Shown here piece by piece: positions 1 to 15,400 of a stretch of DNA of 64,000 nt; positions within the stretch are counted from its first letter, which is position 1, and every line of letters starts with the position of its first letter. The position numbers and the translations under genes are program-made. This stretch comes from a virus (Duplodnaviria > Heunggongvirae > Uroviricota > Caudoviricetes): positions 27,293 through 91,292 of IMG/VR virus record IMGVR_UViG_3300031867_000016, one strand, 5' to 3'. The notes under the pieces are model-generated. The model was not told the DNA's origin. It worked only from the letters and a program-made list of their open reading frames with translations, and did not search any database.

Positions 1-5
1 ACATT

Positions 6-347
6 ATGCGTATGGCAAAGATGCCGCCAAGTATTGTTGAAGATAACGAAGGCTTTGACTGGGATGAGCTTGGTGAATCATTGAAGCTTGAAGTTGAAAT
101 GTATAACAATGAAAGTAATGATCTGGTTGTCCTTGCCAAACAGATCAGAGAATTCCTGCAGGAAGAAGTATCTCCTGTGGTTGCTCAGGAGCAGAATGAA
201 TTGTTTAAGAATATGGTTGAATATCTTAAAGCAAATAACGAACAGGCAAAAGAAAAGCCTAAGACATTAGGTGAAACAAAAGAAGAACAGATGGGACAGA
301 TTCATTATCTGTTTCCAAATCTTAACTTCGATGAAAAGAAGCATTGA
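6..347 (+). CDS. acidic hypothetical protein, putative tail assembly chaperone (lies immediately upstream of the tape-measure gene)
   Basis: 113-aa ORF, acidic and helical-looking. Position directly 5' of the TMP is typical of gpG-like chaperones. No motif recognised. The 5' end may be truncated by the window edge. Confidence 0.4.
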   Translation: MRMAKMPPSIVEDNEGFDWDELGESLKLEVEMYNNESNDLVVLAKQIREFLQEEVSPVVAQEQNELFKNMVEYLKANNEQAKEKPKTLGETKEEQMGQIHYLFPNLNFDEKKH

Positions 348-352
348 CTTAC

Positions 353-387
353 GGGCTGTCGCATTAAGTGCGACAGCCCTCTTTTAC
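353..387 (+). terminator. stem-loop (11-bp stem gggctgtcgca/tgcgacagccc) followed by a T-run; putative attenuator/terminator between chaperone and TMP
   Basis: Perfect inverted repeat at 353-363 and 369-379, followed by tcttttac. Confidence 0.5.
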
Positions 388-456
388 ATGCAGAATGCGT
401 CAGGCAGTTGCTGCGTGCAAGTCGTGGCTTCTGCATAATAATGGAGTGTGATACTT

Positions 457-3400
457 ATGTCTGAAATGAAAAAGACAATTGGTTTAGAAATTGATGCAAC
501 ATTAAAAGGCGGAGAACTTGATACCAAGCTTGAACAAATGTTTCAAAGTGTGCAACGAGCAAGGGAAGGCATACAGGGTATGCGAGATGACCTTGCCGAA
601 ATGCCAATGCTTGGAGATATGTTAAATGCAAAGCTCCAGACAACCGGTTCTCTTGCTGAAACAATGGAAAGAAAAATAACATCGCTGCGTGAGTCTCAGG
701 ATAAGATGGATGATGATACACGTGCACAGGCGGTTGAAAATTTAAATAATACATATCGAGAGTTTTCAACTCTCAGAGAAATGCAGAATGATGCAAGTCA
801 GACGTATGGAATTGGTTATGCAAAACAGTTTGCAGCAAATTTATCAAAGGATCTTTCTGGAGCATTTGATAGAATTATGCCACAAGTTGTCAACATGATC
901 AGGACAAAAATGAACAGCGGTCGCGATATTGATGCAAGCTATGCAAACGCTCATACAATAGAAGGAATACAAATAGCTATGAGCAAAGACAAAGGTTTGC
1001 TTAATTTGTTGAGAAATGGTTTGCCGACAGAAGCATTTACAAACGGCAAAGTGATGGATCAATTCTTTGGGATCGCCGCCTCACAAGCTGCCGATTATCA
1101 CAGACTCAATGCGTTTACGCAAAAGATGTTTGGTGTGAATGCTTCGAGAGTTGAAAAACGCTCTGTTATTCGGTCTACGCCGGCAGAATATATACCAGAA
1201 AGTTTTAAACCATCTTTTGAATCTCGCGGTTATGTAGGCAAAGAAAAATTTAGATCTTCGGACAAAGTAATAAGCAATGACATCAGAAGTCAAATTGTAG
1301 AAGCACTGAACAATAATCCTGTATTATTGAAAGCTGCTAATGATGCTAAGCTTATTCAAAAAGATGCACAGTATGGGAATCAGCATCTTATTGAAAATAT
1401 TACAGACAGTCAGATGGATGAGTTCAGAAGACAGGCTTATAGACAACTTGAAATTCGTGGACGTGGGACAGGAAAATATGAACTTGCAAGAGGAATTTAT
1501 TCCGGTGAAGCAAGCGATGACAAAGGTCCAAGCGAGCAATTACAGAGCACCATAGCAAACCGCTTTCAAACTGGCACTACCCGTCAGGCTGTAGAAGGTC
1601 TTGTTTTTCTTGACAGACTTGGCGACAAAGATGAGAACTATGTAACTGCAACACGAGGTGGACATGGACAGGGCAGTATTATAAGACCACAGAGGCAGTT
1701 GCTTGATATGTATCAGATAGGTCGTGCCACACCTTTTGTCGGCGGCAAACCCAGCATTGGAAGATATGATTACGTATCGGTAAACGAATCTGATATCACA
1801 AGAATACTTGGCCTTGATAAAAGGGGAGACAGATCTAAAGCGTATCGAGAGATGTCAACTATATCGCTGAATGGATACGATCCTAAGAATAAAGAACATG
1901 TCGATCTCATGAAGCGGATTTATGAGAATGGTATATGGGTTGATCAGAATACCGGCGCCTGGCGACTTGACAGACCGATGACTGACGATGGTCAGTATGA
2001 CAGCAACTATGTACAGCATAAATTCCACGCTGCACACAGAGGTGAAGATGGTGCAGTTCTTCGAATGCTCAATGCTGACATGATGGAACAGATTGCCAAA
2101 ACAACAGGCGAAAGAGCGAAAGAACTTGGTCTCAGCGGAAACTTCTTGAATATGTATTCAGCAAATGACGCAAAAGAATTTGGTCAGATGCTTGAAGACG
2201 GAACGTATCTTGCAAACGATGCAAGCAAATATTTTGATGCTATCAATAAAATGTATTCTCCTTCCAGAAAAATTGAAAACAATTTGACTGGCAAGAATGT
2301 TGCTGTTGTTGACTTTGCTGCAAATGGCTTCAAGTATGCAGACGGTGTAGGCTGGGTGTCATCTGACTATCTTTCTCATGCTATTCAGGCTAGAGGAGCT
2401 TCTGGTTTTAAAGGGCAGCTTATGCCATTCCAGGGTGGAACGATTCGCGACTACCTTGTTAAAACAGGACTTGCTTCTACGCAGATGCTCAATGAAAATG
2501 GAGAATATGTAGAAGATCCAACAGGCAAACTTCACTATTATATGAAGAGTATCAATGGCACAGACATGATTGATGTCATGGATGCTCAGATACTTACTGA
2601 TGCTTCGTTGTGGAAGAATGCAGCAAGGCAGTTTAAATATCAAGATGAGAATGGAAATTGGCAGTGGCATTCAGGAGAAAAGATAAATCAGCTTGCAAGC
2701 AAATTGATTGGTGAAGTTGGTTTATCAGAGATGGTAGATCTTGACCGCGAAAGCGGAGCTGCTTCTCTCGGCACTCAGCTTACATCATATCTTACGTTGA
2801 ATCCGATGATGAGAAAGCTGCAGACCGAAGGTCTGAAGAAAAGACTTGCCGAACTTGATACATATGAAGGCATGAAGAAATATGTATTCTCAAATCCAGA
2901 AGCAGACGAGATGTCGGCTGTTCTTCAGGATCCAGCGAATGAATGGCTGCTTAACACAAAGGCATACCGTGATCGTGTGGATCTTTACAGACAGTCCTTA
3001 ATTCACGATGTATCAACACATAAGTTTGTAGACTTTGACAATGGCTCTGACTATTATGGATATATTGCAGATGAACTCTTTGGACAGGACTGGAGAAACG
3101 GTAAGACAGATCTCAATAAAGCACAGTCTGTATTAAACAGATGGCGTGAAAGTGGATATCATTACGAGAGAGATCTTCGTGAATCTGGAATATCAGGCGT
3201 ACCTGAACTGTTTGATATGATCGATAAAAACGCCAATGGTGAAAAAGTCGATCCAGCTGCTTACCTCGGACAGCTTGCCCAAAATATAAATGGTCAAAAC
3301 GGGAGCGGTTCATTTACAAATGTTACAAACTCTGTTGGCTTATTCTCTGCTTTGTTACAGAACAAAGGCGAAATACCTGCGGCAATTATGGATACTGCCA

Positions 3401-6400
3401 GAAAAGCACTTAATGAAAAGTATGGAGAGGGACAGTATTCAGACGAAGATATAAAAGATATCTTGCTTTTGAGAAAAAAGAAGTACACAGATGAAAATGG
3501 AAAAGAACGCGAACTGAGTAATGTTATAGACTTTGGTACTGACGAAAGACACGTTGCGTATGCAAGATCTCCATCTGCTTTTGGAGCTTTCATTCATGGC
3601 GTAAACAGAGCAGAAGAAATGCGCGTTATTCAAAATGCGATGCTTGCAAATGGAACAAGCAATCCATTATTCAACGAGTTATTCAGTGCTGGTGGAGATC
3701 CGTTTCTCAGACAGAGCGGTGTTTATCTTGGGCAGGATGACTGGAAAGATCTTTCTGGCGCCGATGCTGACGGCGACAGAATCAAGAGAATAACTGGTGT
3801 ATACGCTCAGATGATTCAAGCCAGCCGTGAAAGAGCTGACGATCTTGAAGAGTTTGCTAATCAGGTACTTCCTGGAGAAGCAAAGCGAATTGGTGAACTC
3901 AAGCTTGCTGATTTAAAAACTCTCGACAAGATACCAAATAATGTTCAGGCTTTTCTTAATGATATTGAACGTCTTTCAAGCGAAGGACGGGAGATGGGTC
4001 TTGCCAATGCTACTGCATTGAATCCGATGCAGATGAGCCTTGATGACTTTACCGCAAATGGAGCGAAGTTTGTTCTCTCAGCAAAATATGGTAACAAAAT
4101 ATACGATGAATATGCTTCGACTTTTAGAAAGAATCCGAAGAACCCGATCATTCATGGTGATGAATGGTACAGAGCACAGACTCTTGGACAAAACTTTGAT
4201 GCCTATTTATCTCATGAGGACAGACTTTTTCAGTTTAATGATGACCAGAAAGATACTGTTGAAAAATATCGGGATAATATAAAAGCATTAAGAAGCGGCA
4301 ATTTCTCAGATAAAACGAAAGAAGCAATAGAAGAAGAACAAAAAGCATTAAAAAGCGAATTTGATAAACTTGGCATATTTGAAAGTTCTTATGGAGAACT
4401 GATCAATCTAAAGCAATTTGAAGGACCGGATGGTAGAACATGGGGCATGAATATCAATATGCCTTCTGTGAATATGGACGGTCACATCTCTGGTATTGCC
4501 GCTGCACAAACGGCATATAGGATGGGACGTGTTGATCTATCAAAAGCAGAGAGTGTTTCTGAAGCTATTGCTTATATGATAGAACATAGTCCTAAATATG
4601 CAGAAGCAACAGATGAAGTTAAAGACTATCATCAGGCATATCTTCAGATGTTTCCACAGTTTTCTTCTGGCGCACGTGGTCGAGTAAGCGAAGCAGAGCT
4701 TGCAGACCTTCAGTCCAAGAGACTGGCAGCTCAAGCGTCTATCAGAAATATGGTAACAGCAAGAAAACAAAAAGACATGGCAGAAAACGGACTGGATAAA
4801 TATTCAGCCGTTTTTTCTGATGGTACCAATATTGCTGATTACGAAAAAGAATTGCTAAAGAAGTATCATGTTAGTGATAACGGAATCGACGTTGTAAGCA
4901 ATTTGGGTCTTTTTGGTTTTACTTCCAGGAATTTAAGAGAGTCTCTCAATGATCAGGGCTACAGCTTCTTCTTTAATGATCCGAATACTAGACTTGTAAA
5001 GCGCAACCAGACAATGATGCAGCAGATGCAGGAAGCTGAACAAGTAAGAGAAGATGAATTATCTGAAAGAGAAAGAATAATTCAGGAAGGTCTGAATTCT
5101 TTTGAGGCTGATGCAAATGGAAAACAGGATACTCAAGCTGCTGCGAAAGCAAATCAGGAAGCAAACAACGCAGAAGCAAAAGCCAGTCAAGCTGAAATAG
5201 ATGCAGCCAATGCAAGAAAAGACGCTGCTGAAGCAAGAACGGCTGCTGCCAATAGTGTTCAATCAGAAGCGCAGGCACAGCAAGCTCAGGTTCAAAAGAG
5301 TCAGGCTAAACAAAAGCATGCTCTTGATTACGCAGAATATACTGTAACAAGAACGATGCAATGGATGAAAACTGATACTGTTGATGACAGGAATCATCCA
5401 GCAATAAGTCTTGATAACGTTTATCATGTTGATAAAGACGGAAAAGCAACAAAAGGCGATCTTGCCATAAGTATGAAGCCTTACGAAGGCAATACTATGG
5501 CAGAAGGAAGGCTGCATCAGGCTAGAACTGAAAAAGCTGGTCATAGTGAATCTGGTGCAGATGCTATTATAGGAAGCCTTATTAGTCATGTCATGGATGA
5601 TCTTGGAGCCAATCATGCAAAGAATGGCAAAGGAATTGCTATTAATAACATTCGCAGTCAAGCAACAACATCAATGAAGAAGTTTTATGCCGATCACGAA
5701 AACGAAATAAAAGCGCTTGGAATTACTTTTGATAATGATGACCTTTTTTCCAATACTGGTCTGAGTCATTTTCATTATTCTGGAACAGATGACAGGCTTG
5801 GAAAAAAGATCGGCATGTTATCTGCTGATAATATGGCATCTTATTTCGTTGATGATATCCTTGGAATCAAAGCAATAAAAACTAAGAATGATGAAGCAAG
5901 ACGTATTGTATCAACAGAAGGAAAAATATATGGCAAACGTGGGAAAGTATTAAATGAAAGTACCATGGTTGCCGGTCCTTCTGGTGGAGAAAAAGAAATA
6001 GCTTATACACTTCCTGGAATCAAGAATTCCAAAGGCGAAGATGTTGTCACACGTTTTGCTCCAGACTATGTTGTACAGAATAAAGAAGACAAACTTATTA
6101 TTGGTGACCATAAATCCAGCGACTCAGGTACCAAAAAAGGTTTACTTCAGACGTTAATATATGCTTCGTGGTTAGACGATCTCGCTGAACAATATCACAG
6201 ATCTTATAACGCTACAACAAAGACGTATGAAAGAAAAGATCTTGAAGCATACGGACAGTTTGGTAGTATTGATGGAAACGGAAAATATGTAACCAATATT
6301 GCTGGCGTTGAGACACGAGACTTTTTCTCACGTGCTGGATATATGCGTAGATATAGCCCAGAAGATAGAACTCGTTTCAAGACACTTATTCGTGATGCAC

Positions 6401-9400
6401 AGGATAGTAAATATTTAGAAGCATTAGATGACTACGCTGCTTATGGATTACAGTCAATACCTGAACCGACTGCGGAAAATAATCCAACTGTTGCAAAAAT
6501 GAGCGACCGTCAAAGAAATGCGCTAATGCAGCAGTATCAAATGCTTAGTCAGAGATATGCTGGCTATGAAGATTTCGCCAGAAGTTTTCATTCTGGTATG
6601 ATGCAGGAAGTCTATAGAGATAGAGAAGGCACATATGCCGACAACTATTTTTCTCAGAAAACAGGTATGCGTAATGCTGTCGTAAGACAGTCAGAAGAAC
6701 TTCAGAAGGCATATCAGAACTTCTTGGATCAATCTGGTATGAAAGATGACTCTGGTTTATTGGGCAAATTGAATCAGGATATTCTTGATGCCAACGAAGC
6801 CTTTTCTGCTGGCACACGGGCATGGAGCGAAAACAGATCAATCAAACTGCTTGAAAATGCCGAAAACTTCAGTCTTCGTAAAACAGATCCATTCTATAAA
6901 CAGAGAGAAGAAATAGATAAGCAGAGAAATAATGTTACCGAAATGGAATCTGCTATCGATAATTTTATTCTCTCGAGAATAAATAGATCGAACTATGTGA
7001 CTGATGAGAATGGAAAAGTAATAGGCATAAATGAAAACGGCAACACAGTTAATATAAGAGATGCGAAGCTTGTTAGTCAGGAAGACACTGACACTGTATC
7101 CTCAATGAAAACAAGACTCGAATCTTTGAAAACTACAGCCGATGAAAATATTCAGCTTATCAACGATCAGATAGAGCGTGATGTTGACAAACAAATTGCA
7201 GACATGCAGGAAGCAAGCGATTCTGTTACAAAAACGCATCAGACTTCTGGTCAGCAAAGAAAGAATTATTGGGATAAAAGAAAAAGAAAACTGAATGATT
7301 CAGTAAAAGATATGACTCTTGCTCGTGATGCTATAGACAAAATGCTTGAAGATACTGAAACATATAAAGAAGACGATCCTAAGAGGAAACAGCTTGAACG
7401 TCTGCGTGATCAGTATAACAAGTCTATAGGTCAGGAATCTGAATATCTCAATAACGGCGGCTTTGACAAAGATCGTCAGGATGATCTTGAGGCTCAGAGA
7501 ATAAGCAGGTTCAATAAATTACGTCATTATTTCTCAGGGACCAGAGAGAGTGCAGTAGCTCAAATGGTTTCAACTGGTATGCTTGCAATGAAAGATCTTG
7601 ATAATAGAGGCGACACATTTAATGTCGGTAATCAGTTCTATCAGGGCATGACAAGAATGCTCGATGAATCAATTGGTACTGAAAGAACTAAGTACGCTAA
7701 TTTTGTTGATGATCTTTCAAGAGCCGGTAATATGTCTGCCGAAGAAAGAATAAACAGGAATTATCAGAATAAACGCATACAGTCTCTTGCATCTATAAGA
7801 CAAATGCAGCAGGAAGCTATTGATCTTGATAGAATGCTTGATACTGGAAAAGATCTTGAAGGCAGAGAAATATTTAGCCCAGATGACAATAGTGCTACAA
7901 CTCAAGGCATAAAAGACAGGATCAAAGAATACAGAGACTTTCTTAAGGATGTTTCAAAACAGGCTCAGGAAGCTCTTGATAAAACTCTTCCTGATCAAAA
8001 AGACAGAGATGTTGCAAGAGCACTCGAAGACATAAAAGCTCAAAATGAGATGCAGGCTGATAGATATCAGTATGGCGCTAACCAGATCCAAAGATCCGAA
8101 GCTGCTCGCAGGCGTCAGCTTGATATGCATTTAAGTGGCTCTCATAGTGTATTCCGTCAGGAGTTAGAATGGAGAAGAAGCCAATACGATAACGCTACAT
8201 CTCGAAGAGAAAGTTATTCGTTAAGACAAAAGCAACTAGATGCCGAAAGGACTAAACTTCAGAGACAGCTTGATGATGACAATGCAAATGGAAAAAAGTT
8301 GAGTGCTGAAAAGAGAACAGGTATTGAAAACCAACTTAATGCTGCAACTGCAGAATACAATGCGCTTGGTGACGCAATTGACAGAGCCAAGCAAGAGCAA
8401 GAAGAGTTTGGAGCATCAGGGCAGGAAGCTGCTGCTGCATTAACAGTAATCGGCACAAAAATATCTGCTGTTGCAAAACAATTCGGTGCTCGTATATGGC
8501 GTAAAGCAATACAGGAAACGATGCAGTTTGTACAACAGTATGACGCAGCAATGACCGAGATTCAAATGGTTACGCTCAAGTCTGACAGTGAAATAGCCAA
8601 TATTGGCAAAGGTCTTATTAACTCTGCTGTTGAAATGAAAGCACCTATTGCTGATGTGACATCAGCTGCTACAGCTCTTTATCGTCAGGGCCTTGGAGAT
8701 GAAGAGGTTCAGACTCGTCTTGAAGATGTTATTAAATTCTCTACAACAGCAGGAGTTAAAGCTGCAGACGCAGTAAAGCTTATTACCGTTTCTCTCAGTT
8801 CTGGTCTTGTTGAAAGTTCAACGGAAGCAATGGATGTTATATCAGCGCTTGGTGACTCAGCTGCCACCACAGCAGCTGAGATCACCAAAGGTCTTCAGAA
8901 ATCTGTGTATGCTGCAAAAGATGTTGGCGTCACTTATCAAGAACTTGTATCGATGCTTACGGCAATTACTGCTGGTACTCAGCTTGGCGGTAACGTTGCT
9001 GGCACTGCAATGCAGACATTTATGAGCCGCTTTGCAAGAATCGGTACAAATGAAATTACCTACGATGAAGATGGCAATGAGATAAGTGGTTCTAATCTTG
9101 CAACTGCTCTCAGAGCTGTAGGTATTGAAACATATAAAAATGGATCTCGGAGAGACTTTACTGAAGTATTGAGAGAGCTTTCTAGTCAATGGGGAAGTCT
9201 TTCCGATGCAAGAAGAAGTCAGATCTCTTATGCTTTTGGTGGCACGAGACAGTATTCGAACCTCAATGCATTGCTTACTGCATTCGGTGAAAAAGATGAA
9301 AATGGCCAGACTGCTATTGATAAATATCTCGACATTACAGGAAAATCTGCTGGTGTTACAGATGAAAAGTATACACATTATACAGAGAGTCTTGCTGCAT

Positions 9401-12400
9401 CAGTGACAAATTTAAAAAATAGTTTTGATGGCCTTATTGAATCATTAACAAACACCGGTGTTCTTACTGGTTTTCTTGACTTTATTTCAAGCGCCATTCA
9501 AGGAGCAACACAATTATCTGAAAGTCTTGGTAGCCTTGGTGGCGTTATTTCGAGTCTGTCTATATTAGCTATTCCTATAATATCTTTACTTATAGGCGGA
9601 GTGCCTGGGCTGGTTGCTGGTGGTTTGGCTGCAGCAGGTTTATCTACGATATATGCTTCTATAAATGCCGCAAACAATAAGCCTTCTTTATCAAATTATG
9701 CTGCTGCAAAAAGCAAAGTGTCTTCAGAACAAACATTAATCGATGAAAAAGTACAGAGAGCTAAAGAGCTTAATGGTTTGAGAGATAAAGATGGAAATCT
9801 TTCAGAAGAAAACAACATACAGCTTAAAAAGACATTAGCTGAATTGAGCGACATGGGAGCTCTTTCATTGGATGCCTCTACAAGTATTGAATCACTTGCT
9901 TCGAGTGCAGCCAATACAGCAAAAGCACTTGACAGTGTTTCTGCTTCTTCGAAAACATTAAGCGATAAACAAAAGCAAGAATTGTGGAATGGGCTTGTTG
10001 CTGATATTAAGAATGATAAAGATAAATTCAGCGAGATTCAGCAGGAGACAATAATATCTGACGAAGAAAAAACGAAAGCAAGAGAAGCGATTAATAGTTT
10101 TTCCCCAGAAAAAGGTCTTGCTGCTCTTTCAATTATGAAAGATATAACTCCAGTTATCGGCGCGATTGATTGGACTGGTTTTGGCAATGTTGTTCAAAAA
10201 GTTGGTTCAAATGAATACACGACTGTAAGTCAAATGAGCAACGACGAAATTGCTAGAGCATTCACGCAATATTTACGTTATCATAGAAGTCCAAATGAAA
10301 AAGAAAGACTTTCGGTTGAACAGTATGCTGGAATATACGATAAAATAAGTGGAGTTATTGGCGGAGCAAAGACTGATACAAAAGATGAAGTTAAATTCGG
10401 AGACTATTATAAGGATAAAATATCGGCTGCTGTAAAAGATATGCTGACTGGATCTTTAGAAGACGATGAAATACAGCAAGTTGTTGGCGCAATTGTAAAA
10501 GATCTTAACGAAGGTAAATCCATAGATGATGTAAATGTGTTGGACTATGCTTCTAGTGTAATACGAAATGCTGGAAAGAAAACCTCTTCAACCAATTTAA
10601 AAGCTATTGCAGATCTTACGTATTCTATGTCAGAAGAAGGAAAAAAGAAAACACAAGGGCAACGTTTTGATAGACTGTATAAAGCTTTAGCTATCTCTGG
10701 AGCGCCAGTGCAAACATGGTTGAATTCAATGAAGCTCGATGCAAATAGCGCATTGTTTAATTCTTATATGAGTGATCCAAATGTTGCAAAGGCATTTTCG
10801 GAGATGGTAGATGAAAGCGGGAATTATAACGGCAATCAAAAAGCCTATCAGAATTTCTTAAACACAATAGCTGCTGCAAGTAATTATTATGGATCATCGG
10901 TCTATACAAGCAACAAACAGATGTCATCAAACGCATTCGGAGCTTTTACAAAACGCCGCAGAGGTATAAATGTTTCTGAACTTGGTCCAGAATATTCTGA
11001 ATCAGAGATGAAAACAATTCTTGGTGATGAATTGTTTTCCGAATTTGTATCTGGCAACTGGGCGCATGCTGGAGAAATGCGTCGGCGTATAGAAGCATAT
11101 GGTGTTGGTCTGCCAGCATATACAGATTATCAAAATGCAACAGCTGCTACTCGTGTATTGAACAACGGTGCGGCTGACTTTTCTAATACTAGACTTCAGG
11201 AAATATATCAAACAATTCCAGAGTTACAGGAATATCTTGCAGTGCAAGGTTATTCTGAACAAAAAAGATCCAACCTTGGTTATTCTGACAATTGGCTTGA
11301 GAATCAAAGAAGTATAATAGAAAAAAGAATAAACGAAATAGAGACAAGTTCCAAAATACTTGAGTCAGCGTATTCAGATATTTCAACAAACGTTGCAAAT
11401 GGTTTTTCAATGACAGCATATGCCCCAGATGCATTGTCTACATATGGTGATCTTATTTCTCAGTATGATAATTTTGCTGAAACCCAGAGATCTCTGAATC
11501 GCCTTAAAAGCAATTCTTATAATGAAGAAGATCTTCAGCGTCTTGCAAGCCAGACAGGTGTTAATATTCGTGCATCAAATGCTTCGAACGAATCTATAAA
11601 AAAGAACGTAGAAGCTGCATTTAATGTTCAGCTGGATAATTATGTAAATGGAATCACAGAGGGATTGGAAACATTAATTCCGCAGAGCGCTCTAGATACA
11701 CTTACTGAAGGAATGAATGCTGATGATATTGTTTCTGCGTTACAGGATGCTGGCGTAAAGCTTAATGACTGGGCTATTAATGCAATAAAAGATCTTGGTC
11801 TTGTATTCCAGAATGGTAAGTTTGTTCCTAATGCAGATGGCTTAACTGATGCTTTTGGTGATGCAATTAAAGGAATGCTTGAAGGCGTATCTAATTCTAA
11901 CACTGCTTCTTCTACAGCATTAAATGCAGTAAAGCAGGCTGTTCTTATGGGCGGAGGTGTTGCTGGATATAAAGACTATCTCAACACCAATTATAAAAAT
12001 GTTGATATCTCTGCTCTTTCTTCGAACGCTCAAAATATTCTTGGAATGTATGAAAACGGTTTGTCTTCTGCAAATACATCAACACTTCTTGAATATGAAT
12101 CTAGCCCATACAGAACAAAAGGTTCGGATTACTACAAAGCATATCTCGACTTCTATAACGCCAACAAAAACAATGATGATATGTTGAATTCAACATATAT
12201 GCAGAATGCTCAGAGTATTCTCAGTTCTCTTGATGGTTGGCAGGAATATGTGGATACAGGTAATATGGACAAACTCAATGCAGCTATTGAGCTTGCCGGT
12301 TCAAATAAATACACAGATGCATATTCTCAGTTTGCTACATATCTTACTCAGTTTTACGGTACACAGAGTCAGCAAAACGAATTAATGACATCAATGTTTG

Positions 12401-15400
12401 CTCGTGGCAAATCGCTTAGATATAACAATTATCTTTCAAACATGCTGGAAGGTGGAGCATCTGGAGATGCATTCTTTGGCGAAGTTGCTTCTGCTCTTGG
12501 TGGGAGTTGGACTGCTGATCTCGTTAAAGAAAACAAAGGCGAAGCAAAGAAGCAGCTAGATAATATGAAAGATACTTCGAAAGAAGCTATTAATACTCTT
12601 ATTTCTAGTGTAATTGGTGAAATAGCAGAGCTCAAAGGTGTTAAGCTTGATATTGATACAGAAAACATTGTTGAAATATTAAGAAATACCGGAAACGAAT
12701 TAGCTTCAAAGCTTGCTAATTACATCGAAGCTATGGGTAATGTTGATATTGGAGCTCCAGAAAAAACTCTGGGTAACATTGCTCAGGAAACCAGAGATAG
12801 AGCTATGCAAGGATCGAACTATTATAAATATGGTCTTGCTTCGGAATTGCATAAGGCTGGTATAAGCATATATGATGAAACTGGTGTAGGAAAGTTTATT
12901 ACAGACAATCCAGAGTATTCAAAAGATGCTGTAGAAAGCCTGCTTGGTGATAGTGACTTTGTTCATATTACTGATGCTGCTTCTCGTGGTGTTATAAGCG
13001 GAGAAATGTATGATAAATATTTGTCGACCATGCAAAGCGGTCACGGTAATATGAATGATGTATATATGAATGCATTAGATCATATTTTCGGAGTTGGCGA
13101 ACAGGGTACATTCCTACGGAATTTTGAATCTGCGTCTCCAAAAGAGGCAATGTCAATGATTAATGAACTCCAAGTTCCAGATTACAGCTGGATTATGGAT
13201 TGGATTAACTCTCTCAATGGAGGCAAAGATGCGCTAGATAATATTGCGGCTGGAGGAGAACAAGCAGCAGAAGGCATAAAGCAACTTACAGCAGCTATGA
13301 AATTAGATGCAGCCGAAGCTGGAAGCGCAAAAAATGAACTAGTCGAAATAACTAATATTATTAATGATCTTAAAAAAGGTGGTCAAGATGCCGGTAAAGC
13401 AGTAGGCCAGCTTTCAAAAAAAGTTAATGATGCATACGACAAAGTTCTTGCTTCAGGTAAAATTCGCGGTAAATCAGGTAAAGAAGTTGACAAGACAACA
13501 AGGGGCATCATTGGAGAATTTCTTGGGGTATCTGATGATAAACAGATTCAAAAAATGACAAAAGAACAAATGAATCATGTTGCAGATCTTATGGAAGCTT
13601 CTGGAAAAGATGCGATTGACAATGGTTTTGTAAAAACTTTTGAAGATGAATTGATGTCAGCTCTTAATTCGCTTGATCCTGGATCAAAACAGTATGAATT
13701 GGTTAACAGTATTTTGTTAAAAGCTGTTGCCGATGGACAGATTGATACATCTGAACTTGAACAGGTTATTGCTGCTCTTCAGAATGATGTTCTTAGTACA
13801 ATGTATGCTGCAGCTGGACCAATAGGTTCACTTATGTTAAGCATTTTTGCTTCAACAAATTCTATTACAGCTGCACTACAGGCAGGTGGAAGACTTGGTT
13901 CTGCGCTTCTCAGTGGAGCAAAAGCCAATGTGAAACTTAACACTGGTAAAAACGCTAAGTATCAAAGTCATGGCGGCGGTGGCGGCGGAGGTGGCGGAGG
14001 AAAAGAGGAATCCGCCGCACAGAAGCTTGTCAAGCGTGTAAACAAAGGTGATGAACTCTTTGAATATCAGCGCAAAATGATTCAGTATAACCAGACAAGA
14101 TATGAAAATCGTGGCGAATTACAGAGATACGGTGCCGAACTTCAGAACGAGATTGATCTCGAAAAAGCTTATCTACCTGTTCTCAAACAGAACATTGATG
14201 CAATGATGACTCAACTCAAAAGTACCAGCAAAGGTTCAGAAGACTGGTATACTCTTCGTGAAGCAATCTTTAAAGTCAGAGAAGAGTATTCTGATATTAC
14301 TAATACCATTGAAGAGAACACCAAGAAACTCAAAGAGAATGAGGATGCAATTAGACAGACTCGTACTAATCTTGAGGATATGGTTAAAGGAGTAATTGAG
14401 GAGCGTATCCAAAAACAAAGAGACATGCTCGCCGGTACTGTTGATATTCAGGGCTTAATACTTGACGCTATAAAGCAGAGATATCAGGATGAATGGGATC
14501 TCATTAAGAAAGACATTGAGAAGAAGAAAGAAGCTCTTGAACAAGAGAAGTCTCTCATAGACGAACGTCTTAACAAGCGCAAGTCTGCAGCTGATGAGGC
14601 TAAGAAATATGAAGAGCTTGCTGAGATGAAAGATCAGCTTTCAAGAATTTCAATGGACAGTACCAGGACAAAGGACGCTGCAGCTCTACGTGAACGCATT
14701 TCTGAACTCGAGCAAGAGATTGGTTGGGACATTGCTGATAAGCAGGCTGAAGCCGAAAAGCAAGGCATTGACGACCAAATCAAAGCTTACGATGAGCAGA
14801 TCTCTGAAGGCGACGAAGATCTTGCAGCATTCCTTGAGGATGCAAACAACTTCAGCGAAGAGATTACAAAAATTCTTGAGATGAATCATGACGATCTCTT
14901 TGCGTGGCTGAGAAATAATGTTGATGAATTCAAAGATAGTCTTGATGAAGCACAGCAGCAAATGATCGACAGCTGGAATGATACCTACAAACAAATGTAT
15001 GGCATCACTGACACGTATTGGGATGAAATCGATGCTATTCTCAAAAGTAAAGATACATTTATTGCTGAAATGATGAACAGTGAAGAGTACAAGAATGCTT
15101 CTGATACAGAAAAGGAATCTCTTCTTTACAAATATGATCAAGACTGGGAAAGTTACTACAATGCATATTTTAAAAAGCCAGGAGATGTTTGGGGTTGGAG
15201 CTCTGATCAATTTGGTGACTGGTCTGGTTCAGAATATGCCGGCGCTGGTGGCGGCGGTGGTAGCGGAGGAGCAGCTAGTTCTGGCGGTGGGCCTGGCAAT
15301 AAGAAACCTGAAGATGAATTATTGTATTATGCTGTCGATGAGCGCGGTAATTTAATATCTTATGGTTATAAAACAAAAGCAGAGGCGCAAGCTATAGCAA

